64,000 bases of DNA from positions 116,871 to 180,870 of the forward strand of contig JBDRCT010000031.1 in the NCBI GenBank assembly GCA_043821445.1. Direction: 5' to 3'. Below the pieces are notes generated by a model, which saw only the letters and a list, made by a program, of their open reading frames with translations, made no database searches and was not told the DNA's origin. Of the stretch, positions 10,756 through 20,317 are shown one piece after another. The DNA comes from Candidatus Omnitrophota bacterium. Lineage in GTDB: Bacteria; Omnitrophota; Omnitrophia; Omnitrophales; Aquincolibacteriaceae. The first letter of the stretch is position 1; each line of letters opens with the position of its first letter. A program made the translations under genes and the position numbers.

Positions 10756-11835
10756 ATGTGCTGGTCTAAGCAATTCATCCACATCGACATGGACGCGTTT
10801 TTTGCGGCGGTGGAGCAGCGTGACCGCCCGGAACTCAAAGGCCAGCCCGTGATCGTGGGCGGGAACCCGCAAAGCCGGAGCGTCGTGAGCACCTGTTCTT
10901 ATGAGGCCAGAAAATTCGGCATTCACTCCGCCATGCCGACCGCTCAAGCAAAACGTCTTTGCCCCCACGGCGTTTTCCTCTATCCCGATTTTGAAAAATA
11001 CAGCGCTGCTTCCAGATCCATTATGTCGATCTTTCACACCTACACGTCTCGGGTGGAACAGGTATCGCTGGATGAAGCCTACCTCGATGTCACCGAGAAC
11101 AAACTCAAGCTCGAAGATCCCGTGAAGCTTGCAACGCTGATCAAACAGCACATTTTTGCCGTGACGAAGCTCACCGCATCCGCCGGCGTAGCGCCCGCCA
11201 TGTTCCTGGCGAAGATCGCCTCTGATATGAAAAAACCGGACGGCCTGACGGTGGTCGTTCCGGACAAGGTCCTGGAATTCCTGAAAGATCTTCCGGTCCG
11301 GAAGATCCCGGGGGTCGGCCCTCGCACCGAAGAGATCCTTCACGGCATGACACTCCGGACGTGCGGGGATATCTGGGGCGTGCAGCCGCAAGATCTCACG
11401 GTGAAATTGGGGAAATGGGGACTGGAACTTTTCCATAAGGCGCGGGGAGAGGAGAACCGGGAAGTGAATCCTCATTGGGAGCGGACACAGTTGAGCGCCG
11501 AGGAAACGTTCCCGAAGGACATAACGGACCTGCCACGGCTTAAACAAAAGCTTGCGCAGCTCGCGGAGCATGTTTTTTATGATCTGAAGCAGGAAGGGCG
11601 CTTTGGAAGGACCGTCGTGTTCAAGGTGAAATACCATGATTTTGAGCAGATCACGCGATCCAAAACGCTTACCGCACCGCCCCAGGATTGGCATGTTCTT
11701 CACGAGATCGCCTGCGATCTTTTGAAGAAAAAAACCCTTGCCGGAAGAAAGTCCATCCGTTTGCTAGGGCTCGGCATGAGCGGGCTAGGCGTCAAAAACG
11801 AGTTCCCGGTTTCGACACAGGGAGAACTGTTTTGA
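10756..11835 (+). CDS. dinB: DNA polymerase IV (Y-family)
   Basis: HIDMDAFFAAVEQRD catalytic motif, SIDEAYLDVT, and a KIPGVGP helix-hairpin-helix. Confidence 0.92.
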   Translation: MCWSKQFIHIDMDAFFAAVEQRDRPELKGQPVIVGGNPQSRSVVSTCSYEARKFGIHSAMPTAQAKRLCPHGVFLYPDFEKYSAASRSIMSIFHTYTSRVEQVSLDEAYLDVTENKLKLEDPVKLATLIKQHIFAVTKLTASAGVAPAMFLAKIASDMKKPDGLTVVVPDKVLEFLKDLPVRKIPGVGPRTEEILHGMTLRTCGDIWGVQPQDLTVKLGKWGLELFHKARGEENREVNPHWERTQLSAEETFPKDITDLPRLKQKLAQLAEHVFYDLKQEGRFGRTVVFKVKYHDFEQITRSKTLTAPPQDWHVLHEIACDLLKKKTLAGRKSIRLLGLGMSGLGVKNEFPVSTQGELF

Positions 11836-12008
11836 AAAATTTCGGGCAATTCCTCGTTCGCCTTCCAGAAGACAACAGGAAGGAATGCCGGAAGGGTTTC
11901 GAAGAGGACTCGAAATTTTTGGAATTTAATTTCGACCTTCAATGGAAAAAAAGTATAGTAAACTATACGCATGGTTCAACCGTTCCCAATCTTTAAGCGA
12001 GAGATCAC

Positions 12009-13085
12009 ATGAATCTTCCCGTCCTCATACCTGCTTATAATCCGACAAAGATCTTGTCGGAATTGGTGCAGGCCCTTATCCGGCAGGGCTTTCAAAATAT
12101 CGTGGTCGTCGATGATGGAAGCGAGTCCGAATGTGCTTTTGTGTTCAGGGAAATAGAACAATGTCCGGAATGCACCGTATTGCGGCATGCCGTCAATCTT
12201 GGGAAAGGGGCGGCCTTAAAGACCGGTTTGAATCATATCTATTGTTCGTTCCCGGATCGGGCCGGGGCCATTACCCTTGATGCGGACGGCCAGCATTTGA
12301 TCGGTGACGTTCTCCGAGTGGAAGGTGCTTTAATGCTGCATCCTGAGAAATTGATCGTGGGAGCGAGGAAGTTCGATCAAGGCGTGCCTCTCCGAAGCAG
12401 GGTCGGGAATTTCATCACCAAAAATCTATTTTGCCTCTTGCTCGGGAAACGGCTGATGGACACACAAAGCGGATTGCGCGGGATCCCGATGGACTTCATC
12501 CCGCAACTTTTAAAGATCGGTTCGAATAGCTACGAGTTCGAGCTCGACATGCTTTTGGCATGCAAATATGCCGGCCGTCCCATCTTCGAGGAAGTCATAC
12601 AAACGGTGTATCTGGAGGGGAACAAGTCCTCTCACTTTAATCCCCTGATCGACTCGATGAAGATCTACTTCGCGCTCTTCCGGTTCGCATTGGCATCGCT
12701 CCTTGCGGCTTTGATCGACAACGTGATATTTTTTTTGGCATACGGCTCGAGTTTGAACATTGCCACAAGCCAGATCACGGGACGCGTGTTAAGCGCGACC
12801 TGCAATTATTTATTGGTCAAGAAGGCCGTTTTTTATTCTAAAAAACCTGTCGCGAAGACGCTCCCTGAATATTTTTTGCTCGTTTGTATTTCGGGGGCCG
12901 TCTCCTATTTCATGATCAAGACCATCACGGCTTATTTTCCGGTCCCGGTGATCGCGGCAAAGATCTTTTCCGAGACGGTCATTTTTTTGGCGAATTTCAC
13001 GATCCAGCGTGATTTTATATTTACCCAGGCCGCTCAAAGCAAAAGTGACCGGTTCAAATCTGAGGTCGACACTCAGCATGCATGA
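12009..13085 (+). CDS. GT2 family glycosyltransferase (polyprenyl-phosphate sugar synthase-like) fused to a C-terminal GtrA-like 4-TM domain
   Basis: N-terminal GT-A fold (VLIPAYNPTK...VVVDDGS...DADGQH, with the DxD motif). The C-terminal ~120 aa is hydrophobic with GtrA-like topology. Confidence 0.8.
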   Translation: MNLPVLIPAYNPTKILSELVQALIRQGFQNIVVVDDGSESECAFVFREIEQCPECTVLRHAVNLGKGAALKTGLNHIYCSFPDRAGAITLDADGQHLIGDVLRVEGALMLHPEKLIVGARKFDQGVPLRSRVGNFITKNLFCLLLGKRLMDTQSGLRGIPMDFIPQLLKIGSNSYEFELDMLLACKYAGRPIFEEVIQTVYLEGNKSSHFNPLIDSMKIYFALFRFALASLLAALIDNVIFFLAYGSSLNIATSQITGRVLSATCNYLLVKKAVFYSKKPVAKTLPEYFLLVCISGAVSYFMIKTITAYFPVPVIAAKIFSETVIFLANFTIQRDFIFTQAAQSKSDRFKSEVDTQHA

Positions 13086-14550
13086 GGAGACAAAGGAAAC
13101 GCTCAAAAAAACGGGCCTAAAGGCCTTTTTGCCTGGCAGTGAAATATTCCTGATCAATCCCTACATTACGAGTGCTGAGCGTTACGGGAAGGATATCGGC
13201 GATATGGGGGGGCATCAGATGCCTCTCGGAATCTACTATTTGGCGGCCCGTCTTTTACGGGATGGCAAGAAGGTAGAAGTGATCGACGCCGAGTCGCTCA
13301 GGATGCCCCATGATGAAGTGATTTTTTTTCTTAAAAAAGCTTCTCCCAAGATCATCGGCATCACTTCCACGAGCGTGGCATTTCGCAATGCCCGCTCTCT
13401 GGCGCAAATGATCCGCAAGGAGCTTCCCGGCATCGTCATCATTATCGGGGGACCCCATATGACTGCAATGCCCGATGCCACGATGCAATGCGGGGCTTTT
13501 GATTATGGGGTGGTCAGGGAAGGTGAGGCGGCTTTTTCCAAGCTTGTCAGATTTATTTTGGATCACGAGGGTTCTCTCGAAGGCATCCCCAATCTGTACT
13601 ATTTTGAGCATGCAACACTCCGGAGCAATTCCGAAGCTCCACCCATCCAAGACCTCGATGTCATCCCTTTTCCGGCAAGACAACTTTGCCGGGATCTCTC
13701 TTTATACAAACCCCCCGTGGGTGCTTTCCGTCTTCTGCCCGTGGTCAGCATGATCACCAGCCGGGGATGCCCCTATGAATGTATCTTTTGTGACAATAAT
13801 ACATTCGGACGCAGGACGCGCTTTCACTCCGCGGAGTATGTGGCGGCCGAGATCAAGGAATTGGTTCAAAAATATCATGCCAGGGAAATCGCCTTTTTGG
13901 ACGACACTTTCGTCTTGGATAAAAATAGATTGCGCCGGATCTTTAAAATATTGGACAAAGACAACTTTCATTTGAAGTGGACTTGTATGACGAGGGTCAA
14001 CAATCTGGATTTCGAACTTCTCAAGTTCATGAGGGATCATGGCTGTTGGCAGATCCGGATCGGGATCGAAAGCGGCAATCAGGGAGTGCTTGATTTTATC
14101 AAAAAGGGGATCACCCTGGGGCAAGTGAGGGATGTGGCGGGCTGGTGTAAGGAACTTAAAGTATGCGTCTCGGGATTTTTTATGATCGGGCACCACATCG
14201 ATACGCCCAAGACCATTCAAGAAACCATCGAATTGGCGGTGAAGCTGCCCTTGACCGATGTGATCGCGACCCTCCATACGCCGATTCCGGGGACTGAGTC
14301 CTACAAGCGGGCCAAAGAGTACGGGACTTATGAGGAGGGGGACTGGACCGCGCTCAATTATTGGACGCCCTGCTTTGTCCCTAAGGGCTTGACCCAAGCC
14401 TACATGCTCGCCAAACAGTCCGAACTTTATCGAAGATTTTATCTTCGCCCGGGTGTTTTGTTGCGCCAAGTAGGGAAGATCCGGTCGCTCGCGATCCTGC
14501 GGAGTTTTTTAAGAAGCGCATTTCTGGGTCTGATGTTCACCAAAAAATAA
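13078..14550 (+). CDS. B12-binding domain radical SAM protein (paralog 1)
   Basis: N-terminal cobalamin-binding-like Rossmann region, then ITSRGCPYECIFCDN (CxxxCxxC). The ATG at 13078 overlaps the upstream stop. The ORF track begins at 13009. Confidence 0.85.
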   Translation: MHEETKETLKKTGLKAFLPGSEIFLINPYITSAERYGKDIGDMGGHQMPLGIYYLAARLLRDGKKVEVIDAESLRMPHDEVIFFLKKASPKIIGITSTSVAFRNARSLAQMIRKELPGIVIIIGGPHMTAMPDATMQCGAFDYGVVREGEAAFSKLVRFILDHEGSLEGIPNLYYFEHATLRSNSEAPPIQDLDVIPFPARQLCRDLSLYKPPVGAFRLLPVVSMITSRGCPYECIFCDNNTFGRRTRFHSAEYVAAEIKELVQKYHAREIAFLDDTFVLDKNRLRRIFKILDKDNFHLKWTCMTRVNNLDFELLKFMRDHGCWQIRIGIESGNQGVLDFIKKGITLGQVRDVAGWCKELKVCVSGFFMIGHHIDTPKTIQETIELAVKLPLTDVIATLHTPIPGTESYKRAKEYGTYEEGDWTALNYWTPCFVPKGLTQAYMLAKQSELYRRFYLRPGVLLRQVGKIRSLAILRSFLRSAFLGLMFTKK

Positions 14551-14576
14551 TTCTACCGGTATGTTTTTTCACCCAG

Positions 14577-14905
14577 GATTGGCACGTTCTTCACGAGCTC
14601 GCCTGCGATCTTTTAAAGAAAAAACCCCTCGCCGGAAGAAAGCCCATCCGTTTGTTGGGGCTCGGCATGAGCGGGCTAGGCGCCAAAAACGAGCTCTCGG
14701 TTTCGACGCAAGGGGAACTGTTCTAACAAATTTTATTCAAAATGTTGGAATTTAATTTCAGCCTTCAACAGAAAAAAAGTATAGTAAACTATGCGCATGG
14801 CTCAGCCATTTCCATTCTTTAAGCGAAAGATCCTATGAATCCTTCTGTCCTCATACGTGCTTATAATCCGACAAAGATCCCGGCAGAGTTGGTGCGATCC
14901 TCTAT
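14577..14905 (+). repeat. Degenerate direct duplicate of the dinB 3' end, the downstream spacer and the GT2 5' end (copy of ~11688-12075)
   Basis: 14577-14726 matches 11688-11835 (ggcatgttcttcacgag..tcgcctgcgatctttt...gggctcggcatgagcgggctaggcg...ggagaactgtt) with scattered mismatches. 14764-14905 matches 11940-12075, including the GT2 start ATGAATC. The fragment then diverges and is non-coding. Confidence 0.85.
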
Positions 14906-15010
14906 CCGACGGAAGACCGTCGAATTATTTGTCAGCCATTTTAAATTCTTTGGGTTTCAAAACGAAAAGTTGTCGCAGCCAAGACCGGCTATGAAAAAGG
15001 ATGGGAGCTA

Positions 15011-16465
15011 ATGCGAATCGCTTTTATCAACCCGCCCTATCTGCATATCTACGGAAAAATTGCAACCGGCAAGCACTGTTCTTTTCCGCTAGGCTTAGGA
15101 TATATGGCCTCTTATGTTCGTGAGCATGGACATACTCCTGCGATTTTTGATATCGAAGCGATGCCCTATCCTTTTGCTGAAACATGGCAGCAAATACTCC
15201 GTTTTAAACCTGATCTTCTCGCGATCACCTCCGTTACCGCAAATTTTACCCAGGCAAAGTTCTTAGCCGAAAAGGCTAAAACTGAGATAGGCTGCCTTGT
15301 CATTATGGGGGGACCTCATGTTGCGGCGCTGCCGGAGGCCACTCTTCAGGCGGTGACCGGACTGGATGCAGTCATTACCGGGGAGGGAGAAGAACCATTG
15401 CGAATTCTGGCGGATCAATTCGATGCGACCGGTAAGGTCGACTTCGCTTCTGTCCCAAGCACGTGTTTCATCGCTCATGGCAAATTTCAACGGTCAGCCC
15501 GGCTGAGTTTGATAGAGAATCTCGATTGCATTCCCTATCCGGCCAGAGATCTTGTGGACATGTCATGGTATAGTTTGCCGCCTCATTTTCAACGCGGGAA
15601 AAAATCCGCCACTATTCTTTCTAGTCGCGGCTGTCCCTCTAAGTGCACTTTTTGCGGCAATCTTATTCATGGAAGAAATTTCCGTTTCAACAGTCCCGAT
15701 TATTTCGTATCTGAGCTTCAAATGCTTCGAGATAAATATGGCATACGGCACTTCCATGTTGTCGATGACTGCTTTTCAGCGGATCCGGAGCGGGTCCAGG
15801 CCATTTGCCGATTGATTCTTGATAGAAAGCTGACCGATATCACCTGGTTCATTTTTGGCCGGGCGGACACGCTTCAAGATGAAAAATTGATAACTAGCAT
15901 GCGTCGCGCCGGATGTGTTTATATTCTATTGGGAGTGGAAAGCGGTTCCGAGCACGTATTGGAAAAAATGCGCAAAGAGACGTCTCTTGATACCGTGAGA
16001 ACATGTTGCAAGCTTCTGCGCAAACATCGAATAGCCTACTTCAACTCTTTTATGATCGGGAATGTCGGGGAAACGGAAGAGGATGTCATGAAGAGCATCG
16101 CCTTTGCAAAGGAATTGAAATCTGTTATGGCTGGGTTCAGCATTATGACGCCGTTCCCGGGAACCCACATATTTAATAAGTTCTACAGCGATCTTGCGAA
16201 TAAGGATACCCATTGGGACAACTTCACTTCTGTTGCATCGAAAATCGCTTTCACTGTAAAACATACTTCCTTGAACAATTCTGATATTGAACGTTTAACG
16301 GCACTGGCATACAAAAAATTTTATTGCGACCTGTCCCAAATATTGAGACTTCTAAGTTTTATCAATAGCCCCAGAACATTCATAAGATACATAGGGGGCG
16401 GATTAGGGGTCTTGCGGTATTATCTTCAGTTGAAACGTCAATCGAAAAGCGCAAATCCTGGTTAG
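15011..16465 (+). CDS. B12-binding domain radical SAM protein (paralog 2)
   Basis: ILSSRGCPSKCTFCGN cluster motif. The N-terminal B12-binding-like domain is colinear with paralogs 1 and 3. Confidence 0.85.
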   Translation: MRIAFINPPYLHIYGKIATGKHCSFPLGLGYMASYVREHGHTPAIFDIEAMPYPFAETWQQILRFKPDLLAITSVTANFTQAKFLAEKAKTEIGCLVIMGGPHVAALPEATLQAVTGLDAVITGEGEEPLRILADQFDATGKVDFASVPSTCFIAHGKFQRSARLSLIENLDCIPYPARDLVDMSWYSLPPHFQRGKKSATILSSRGCPSKCTFCGNLIHGRNFRFNSPDYFVSELQMLRDKYGIRHFHVVDDCFSADPERVQAICRLILDRKLTDITWFIFGRADTLQDEKLITSMRRAGCVYILLGVESGSEHVLEKMRKETSLDTVRTCCKLLRKHRIAYFNSFMIGNVGETEEDVMKSIAFAKELKSVMAGFSIMTPFPGTHIFNKFYSDLANKDTHWDNFTSVASKIAFTVKHTSLNNSDIERLTALAYKKFYCDLSQILRLLSFINSPRTFIRYIGGGLGVLRYYLQLKRQSKSANPG

Positions 16466-16493
16466 CCATTTATCCAATCGATAAAGACCCGTT

Positions 16494-17396
16494 ATGAAAT
16501 TTCAAAAACAACAGCAATTATGTCCGGTGTGCGGTTCTGAAGGCTTTGATGTGGTTCTTTCTCCTTGGGCGGAAGAGGCCGACCCCGCTCAGTTGTATGG
16601 CGCGGCATCAGGGATGCCCGGAACGCAACAACTTGTGAAATGCTTGGCGTGCGGCATGATCTATGAAAACCCGCGTTATGATGCGAACGTCATTATTCAG
16701 GGATATACAGCATCGCAAGAGGCGGAACATGATAGCCAGTACCCCATGCGTGTTCGCAGTTTTTTTAAAACACTTCAAAAGCACATGGGAAAAATTCCTT
16801 CAAAAGGATCCAAAGTGTTGGATATTGGAACTGCGGGCGGTGCTTTTCTCGATGCAGCCAAGCAATTCGGATATAACGCCTATGGTATGGAGCCCTCAGC
16901 GGACTTGGTGAAACGCGGCCGCGCGCGTGGATTACAAGTAGAACAGGGGACGATTGAAAAACATAATTTCCTTCCCGGCTCTTTTGACATGGTTTGCCTG
17001 TGGGATGTTATTGAGCATTTGCCCGATCCAAAATCGGCGCTCATCGAGATTAGAAAATTATTGAAACCCAATGGCATTTTACTAGTCAATTTTCCTGATA
17101 TAGGGACTTTGCAAGCCAGGCTAGCTGGGAAGCGGTTCTGGTGGCTTCTGTCCGTTCATCTGCATCATTTCACACGCAAGTCCATGGCCGATATTTTTAA
17201 GCGAACCGGGTTTGAAGCTTTTCATTTCCAGCGCTATTGGCAAATTCTAGAGTTTGGCTATCTGGAAAAAATGGCAGCCCGTTACAAAATACCGTTCGCG
17301 GAGTTGATAGCTAACTTGACCCCAGGATCCATCCAAAGGATCCCGATCCCGTATTACGCGAGTCAAACAACAGCCCTTGCACGGATTTCAAAATGA
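16494..17396 (+). CDS. Class I SAM-dependent methyltransferase with N-terminal Zn-ribbon (sugar C-methyltransferase-like architecture)
   Basis: N-terminal CPVCGS...CLACGM zinc ribbon. VLDIGTAGGAF motif I and DMVCLWDVIEHLPDP motif. The architecture resembles NDP-sugar C-methyltransferases. Confidence 0.75.
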   Translation: MKFQKQQQLCPVCGSEGFDVVLSPWAEEADPAQLYGAASGMPGTQQLVKCLACGMIYENPRYDANVIIQGYTASQEAEHDSQYPMRVRSFFKTLQKHMGKIPSKGSKVLDIGTAGGAFLDAAKQFGYNAYGMEPSADLVKRGRARGLQVEQGTIEKHNFLPGSFDMVCLWDVIEHLPDPKSALIEIRKLLKPNGILLVNFPDIGTLQARLAGKRFWWLLSVHLHHFTRKSMADIFKRTGFEAFHFQRYWQILEFGYLEKMAARYKIPFAELIANLTPGSIQRIPIPYYASQTTALARISK

Positions 17397-18802
17397 CCAC
17401 TTACATTCTTGGGGCGGGGCCGACTGGTTTGGCGGTTGCGGACGGCTTGATCGATGTTAGCGCGGGCGATTTCGTGGTTTTGGAACAAGGCGCTAAATTG
17501 GGGGGGCAGGCCCGAACTGTTCGATGGGAAGGGGTGGGTCATCACGATCTTGGACCGCACAAGATTTTTTCTCTTAATAAACATTTAACCCACCGGGTCG
17601 AGGCTCTTCTCCCTGGATCTGACTGGTTAACGAGAGACAAAGTTAGCAGTATTTTTATGAGGGGACATTATTTGCCGTATCCCCCATCTCCATTCTCCCT
17701 TGCCGGTGTTTTTGGACTAGCGGCATTTCTGAAGATGGTTGCCGGTTATGGATTTGCGCGCATGGGTAGTTTGTTCAGTTCGCGCAAGTCCGCAACATTT
17801 GCGGAAGATCTGGTCACCCGCTTGGGGAGGCCGCTTTATGAGATTTTGTTTAAACCCATTGCCGAAAAATTATGGGGCGAGCCTAAGAGCTTGGATGTAA
17901 AATTGTCCAGAGGAAGAGTCCAAACCCCATCGCTTTTGGAGCTGCTTGGCCGGCTATTGAAGATCAAAAAAAACAGCGAATTTGAAGCATTGACGTTCCG
18001 CTATCCCAAGGGAGGATTGGGACGATTGTGGGAGGCTATTCAGACAAAGGCGCAAGGTCGCGGAAGGTTTCTTCTGGAACACACTGTCACAGGGCTTGGT
18101 GTGGAGGCTAACCGTGTCCGGCAGATCAGATTCTCTTCGAAAGAGATCAATGGAGTGATCGATTTAGCTCCGGAGGATCAGGTGGTTTCGACTTTGCCGC
18201 TGGCGCAAACGGCGCAGTTTTTATCTCAGGTATTGCCGCCCCATTTTCCGAAGTTGGTAGAAAATGTTATTGTCTTGAACGATCTGCTGCTAGTGTTCCT
18301 GCACATCGATAAGCCCAGTTTATTGCGTGAGTCTTGGCTGTTTATCCCGGATCCAGAAATCGCGTTCCATCGCTTGAGCGAACAAGAATCTTTTGATCCG
18401 GCGATGACCCCCAACGGTAGTATTGTGTGTTGCGAAATGATGAGCAGCGCTTGCCGCCCACTGGCTGGAAAAACTGATGAAGAGTTGTCTGCGCTTGCTC
18501 TTGAGGGGCTCGCGGCCATGGGTTACGGTGATTTTAAAGTGTTGGGCAAGAGAGTTCTTAGGTTGCCAAAGAGTTACCCGGTATTTCGCACCGGTTTTGA
18601 GGTCGGTTTGTCCGAACTTATCAACGCTCTAGATCAGTTCAAAAATTTTCATTCCATTGGAAGGCAAGGTGCATTTAATTACATAGGGACCCTTGATGCT
18701 ATGGACATTGGATACGGATTTGCTGACTGGCTCGCGAATGGTAGAAGTCGTCCTTGGCAGGACGAGCGCAAGAGAACCAATCACTATCCAGTGCTGGATT
18801 GA
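17393..18802 (+). CDS. FAD/NAD(P)-binding oxidoreductase (amine-oxidase/PPOX-like fold)
   Basis: N-terminal ILGAGPTGLAVA dinucleotide-binding motif. 469 aa. Start overlaps the methyltransferase stop. Confidence 0.75.
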   Translation: MTTYILGAGPTGLAVADGLIDVSAGDFVVLEQGAKLGGQARTVRWEGVGHHDLGPHKIFSLNKHLTHRVEALLPGSDWLTRDKVSSIFMRGHYLPYPPSPFSLAGVFGLAAFLKMVAGYGFARMGSLFSSRKSATFAEDLVTRLGRPLYEILFKPIAEKLWGEPKSLDVKLSRGRVQTPSLLELLGRLLKIKKNSEFEALTFRYPKGGLGRLWEAIQTKAQGRGRFLLEHTVTGLGVEANRVRQIRFSSKEINGVIDLAPEDQVVSTLPLAQTAQFLSQVLPPHFPKLVENVIVLNDLLLVFLHIDKPSLLRESWLFIPDPEIAFHRLSEQESFDPAMTPNGSIVCCEMMSSACRPLAGKTDEELSALALEGLAAMGYGDFKVLGKRVLRLPKSYPVFRTGFEVGLSELINALDQFKNFHSIGRQGAFNYIGTLDAMDIGYGFADWLANGRSRPWQDERKRTNHYPVLD

Positions 18803-18805
18803 ACC

Positions 18806-20317
18806 ATGCGATTAACGATGATCTCGCCGAGACTGGCTTTTCAAAAAGGAGATTTCCTGGGTTCCGGGGTCCCTTACTGGCCTTTGGAGTTGGCCACGCT
18901 TGCTGCCTACGCACTTCAGACGGGAGATACCGTTGCTTTTGTCGATCAGTTTGGTGCCAATCCGTCTCGACTCGCCGACGCAGGTGATCATTATCTCCAA
19001 GGGGAGCCCATTGATACCCCGGCGTGGCGTGAACGATTGGAGCAGGCGGAGGCATTTGTCTTGTACGCTATCTCCTATATGTCACACGGAGACTTACTTG
19101 TGACAATCCGATGGCTTAAAGATTCATTTCCTGAAAGACCAGTAGCCGTTCTGGAGAATTCTCAAGCAGTCACCGCTTACTCACTGGAGTGCATGGCACC
19201 CTCCTTTTTTGATGCGGGGGCGGATCTGCTGATCTGCGGGGAGCCCTACTTCAACTGGGCCGCGATCAAAAGACAATTAACGGAAAAGGGCCACGATCCA
19301 TCGATAGTTCCTAACGTCATCACGCGAGAATCTCGCGTCTCACCCCGCCGGTTCAATGAAAAACTAGACCGCTATCCAATTCCGGCATGGGATCTCATGA
19401 ATTTAGATGGATATTGGCGATTGCCCTATGCTCATGGTCCCAAAACGCGCAAATTCCTGCCGATCCTCACATCCCGGGGTTGTCCCTATCCTTGCGATTT
19501 TTGTGTTGTGCCTGAGACGAACGACAAACAGTGGCGGGGAAATGATCCCGAACAGGTTGTCGACGAGATGATCGCTCTGCGAGACCAATATGGTGTTCAT
19601 GACTTTCAGGTTGAGGATCTTAATCCTACCGTTCAACCCCATCGTTGGGAAAAAATTTGTGAACTTTTGATCAAGCGCAAAGCCGATATTCGGTTTTATT
19701 TTGTAAGCGGAACAAAAGCTGAAACTGTCCCTGTGGATAAAACAGCTCTGTTCGCAAAAGCCGGTTGCAGGTATCTATCCATCAGCCCGGAATCTGGCAG
19801 CAGCGATCTGATGCAAGTCATGGGGAAGAGATTTGACTATTCCCGGGGTGTCGAATTAATTGCGGCGTGTAAAGCCTGTGGCATTCGGACGCAAGCCTGT
19901 TTTTTGGTAGGGCATCCTAATGAAACGGAAAAAGATCTCGAACTTTCAAACAGCTACCTTTCACGCCTGGTCAAGGCGGGGTTAGATGAGGTCGCCGTTT
20001 TTGTTCTCGCACCCTTTGCAGGAAGTGAGCTCCATAGAAGAAAGAGCATCATTTTGAAAGATCAAAACACTCTCATCAGCTTTTCGCCGAAAGGACGGGC
20101 TGATTACGAAATGTTATCGCGTAGCAGGAGGATGCTTGTGCGAACTTTTCTCATCCAAAAATTAAAATATAACGGGATCGAATTGTGCTTGCAGGGATTG
20201 CGAGCGATTTTGGGTGTCCCAGAAACCAAGGTCGAAAATTTGCCCCGGCGGATGGTCTTTATTTACTGGCAGGTGCTGAAGCTAGCCGTGGCCAAAAAGT
20301 CAGGTCCTCGATCATGA
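18806..20317 (+). CDS. B12-binding domain radical SAM protein (paralog 3)
   Basis: ILTSRGCPYPCDFCVVPE cluster motif. Same domain order as the other two paralogs. Confidence 0.85.
   Translation: MRLTMISPRLAFQKGDFLGSGVPYWPLELATLAAYALQTGDTVAFVDQFGANPSRLADAGDHYLQGEPIDTPAWRERLEQAEAFVLYAISYMSHGDLLVTIRWLKDSFPERPVAVLENSQAVTAYSLECMAPSFFDAGADLLICGEPYFNWAAIKRQLTEKGHDPSIVPNVITRESRVSPRRFNEKLDRYPIPAWDLMNLDGYWRLPYAHGPKTRKFLPILTSRGCPYPCDFCVVPETNDKQWRGNDPEQVVDEMIALRDQYGVHDFQVEDLNPTVQPHRWEKICELLIKRKADIRFYFVSGTKAETVPVDKTALFAKAGCRYLSISPESGSSDLMQVMGKRFDYSRGVELIAACKACGIRTQACFLVGHPNETEKDLELSNSYLSRLVKAGLDEVAVFVLAPFAGSELHRRKSIILKDQNTLISFSPKGRADYEMLSRSRRMLVRTFLIQKLKYNGIELCLQGLRAILGVPETKVENLPRRMVFIYWQVLKLAVAKKSGPRS

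Noticed and set aside
10714-11703. 329-aa minus-strand ORF
   Set aside because: It is antisense to dinB.
13702-14469. 255-aa minus-strand ORF
   Set aside because: It is antisense to radical SAM paralog 1, whose frame contains the CxxxCxxC motif.
14561-14755. 64-aa ORF on the + strand
   Set aside because: It is an out-of-frame reading of the duplicated dinB 3' fragment. The analogous spurious ORF exists at 11688..11996 over the original copy. It is part of the repeat, not a gene.
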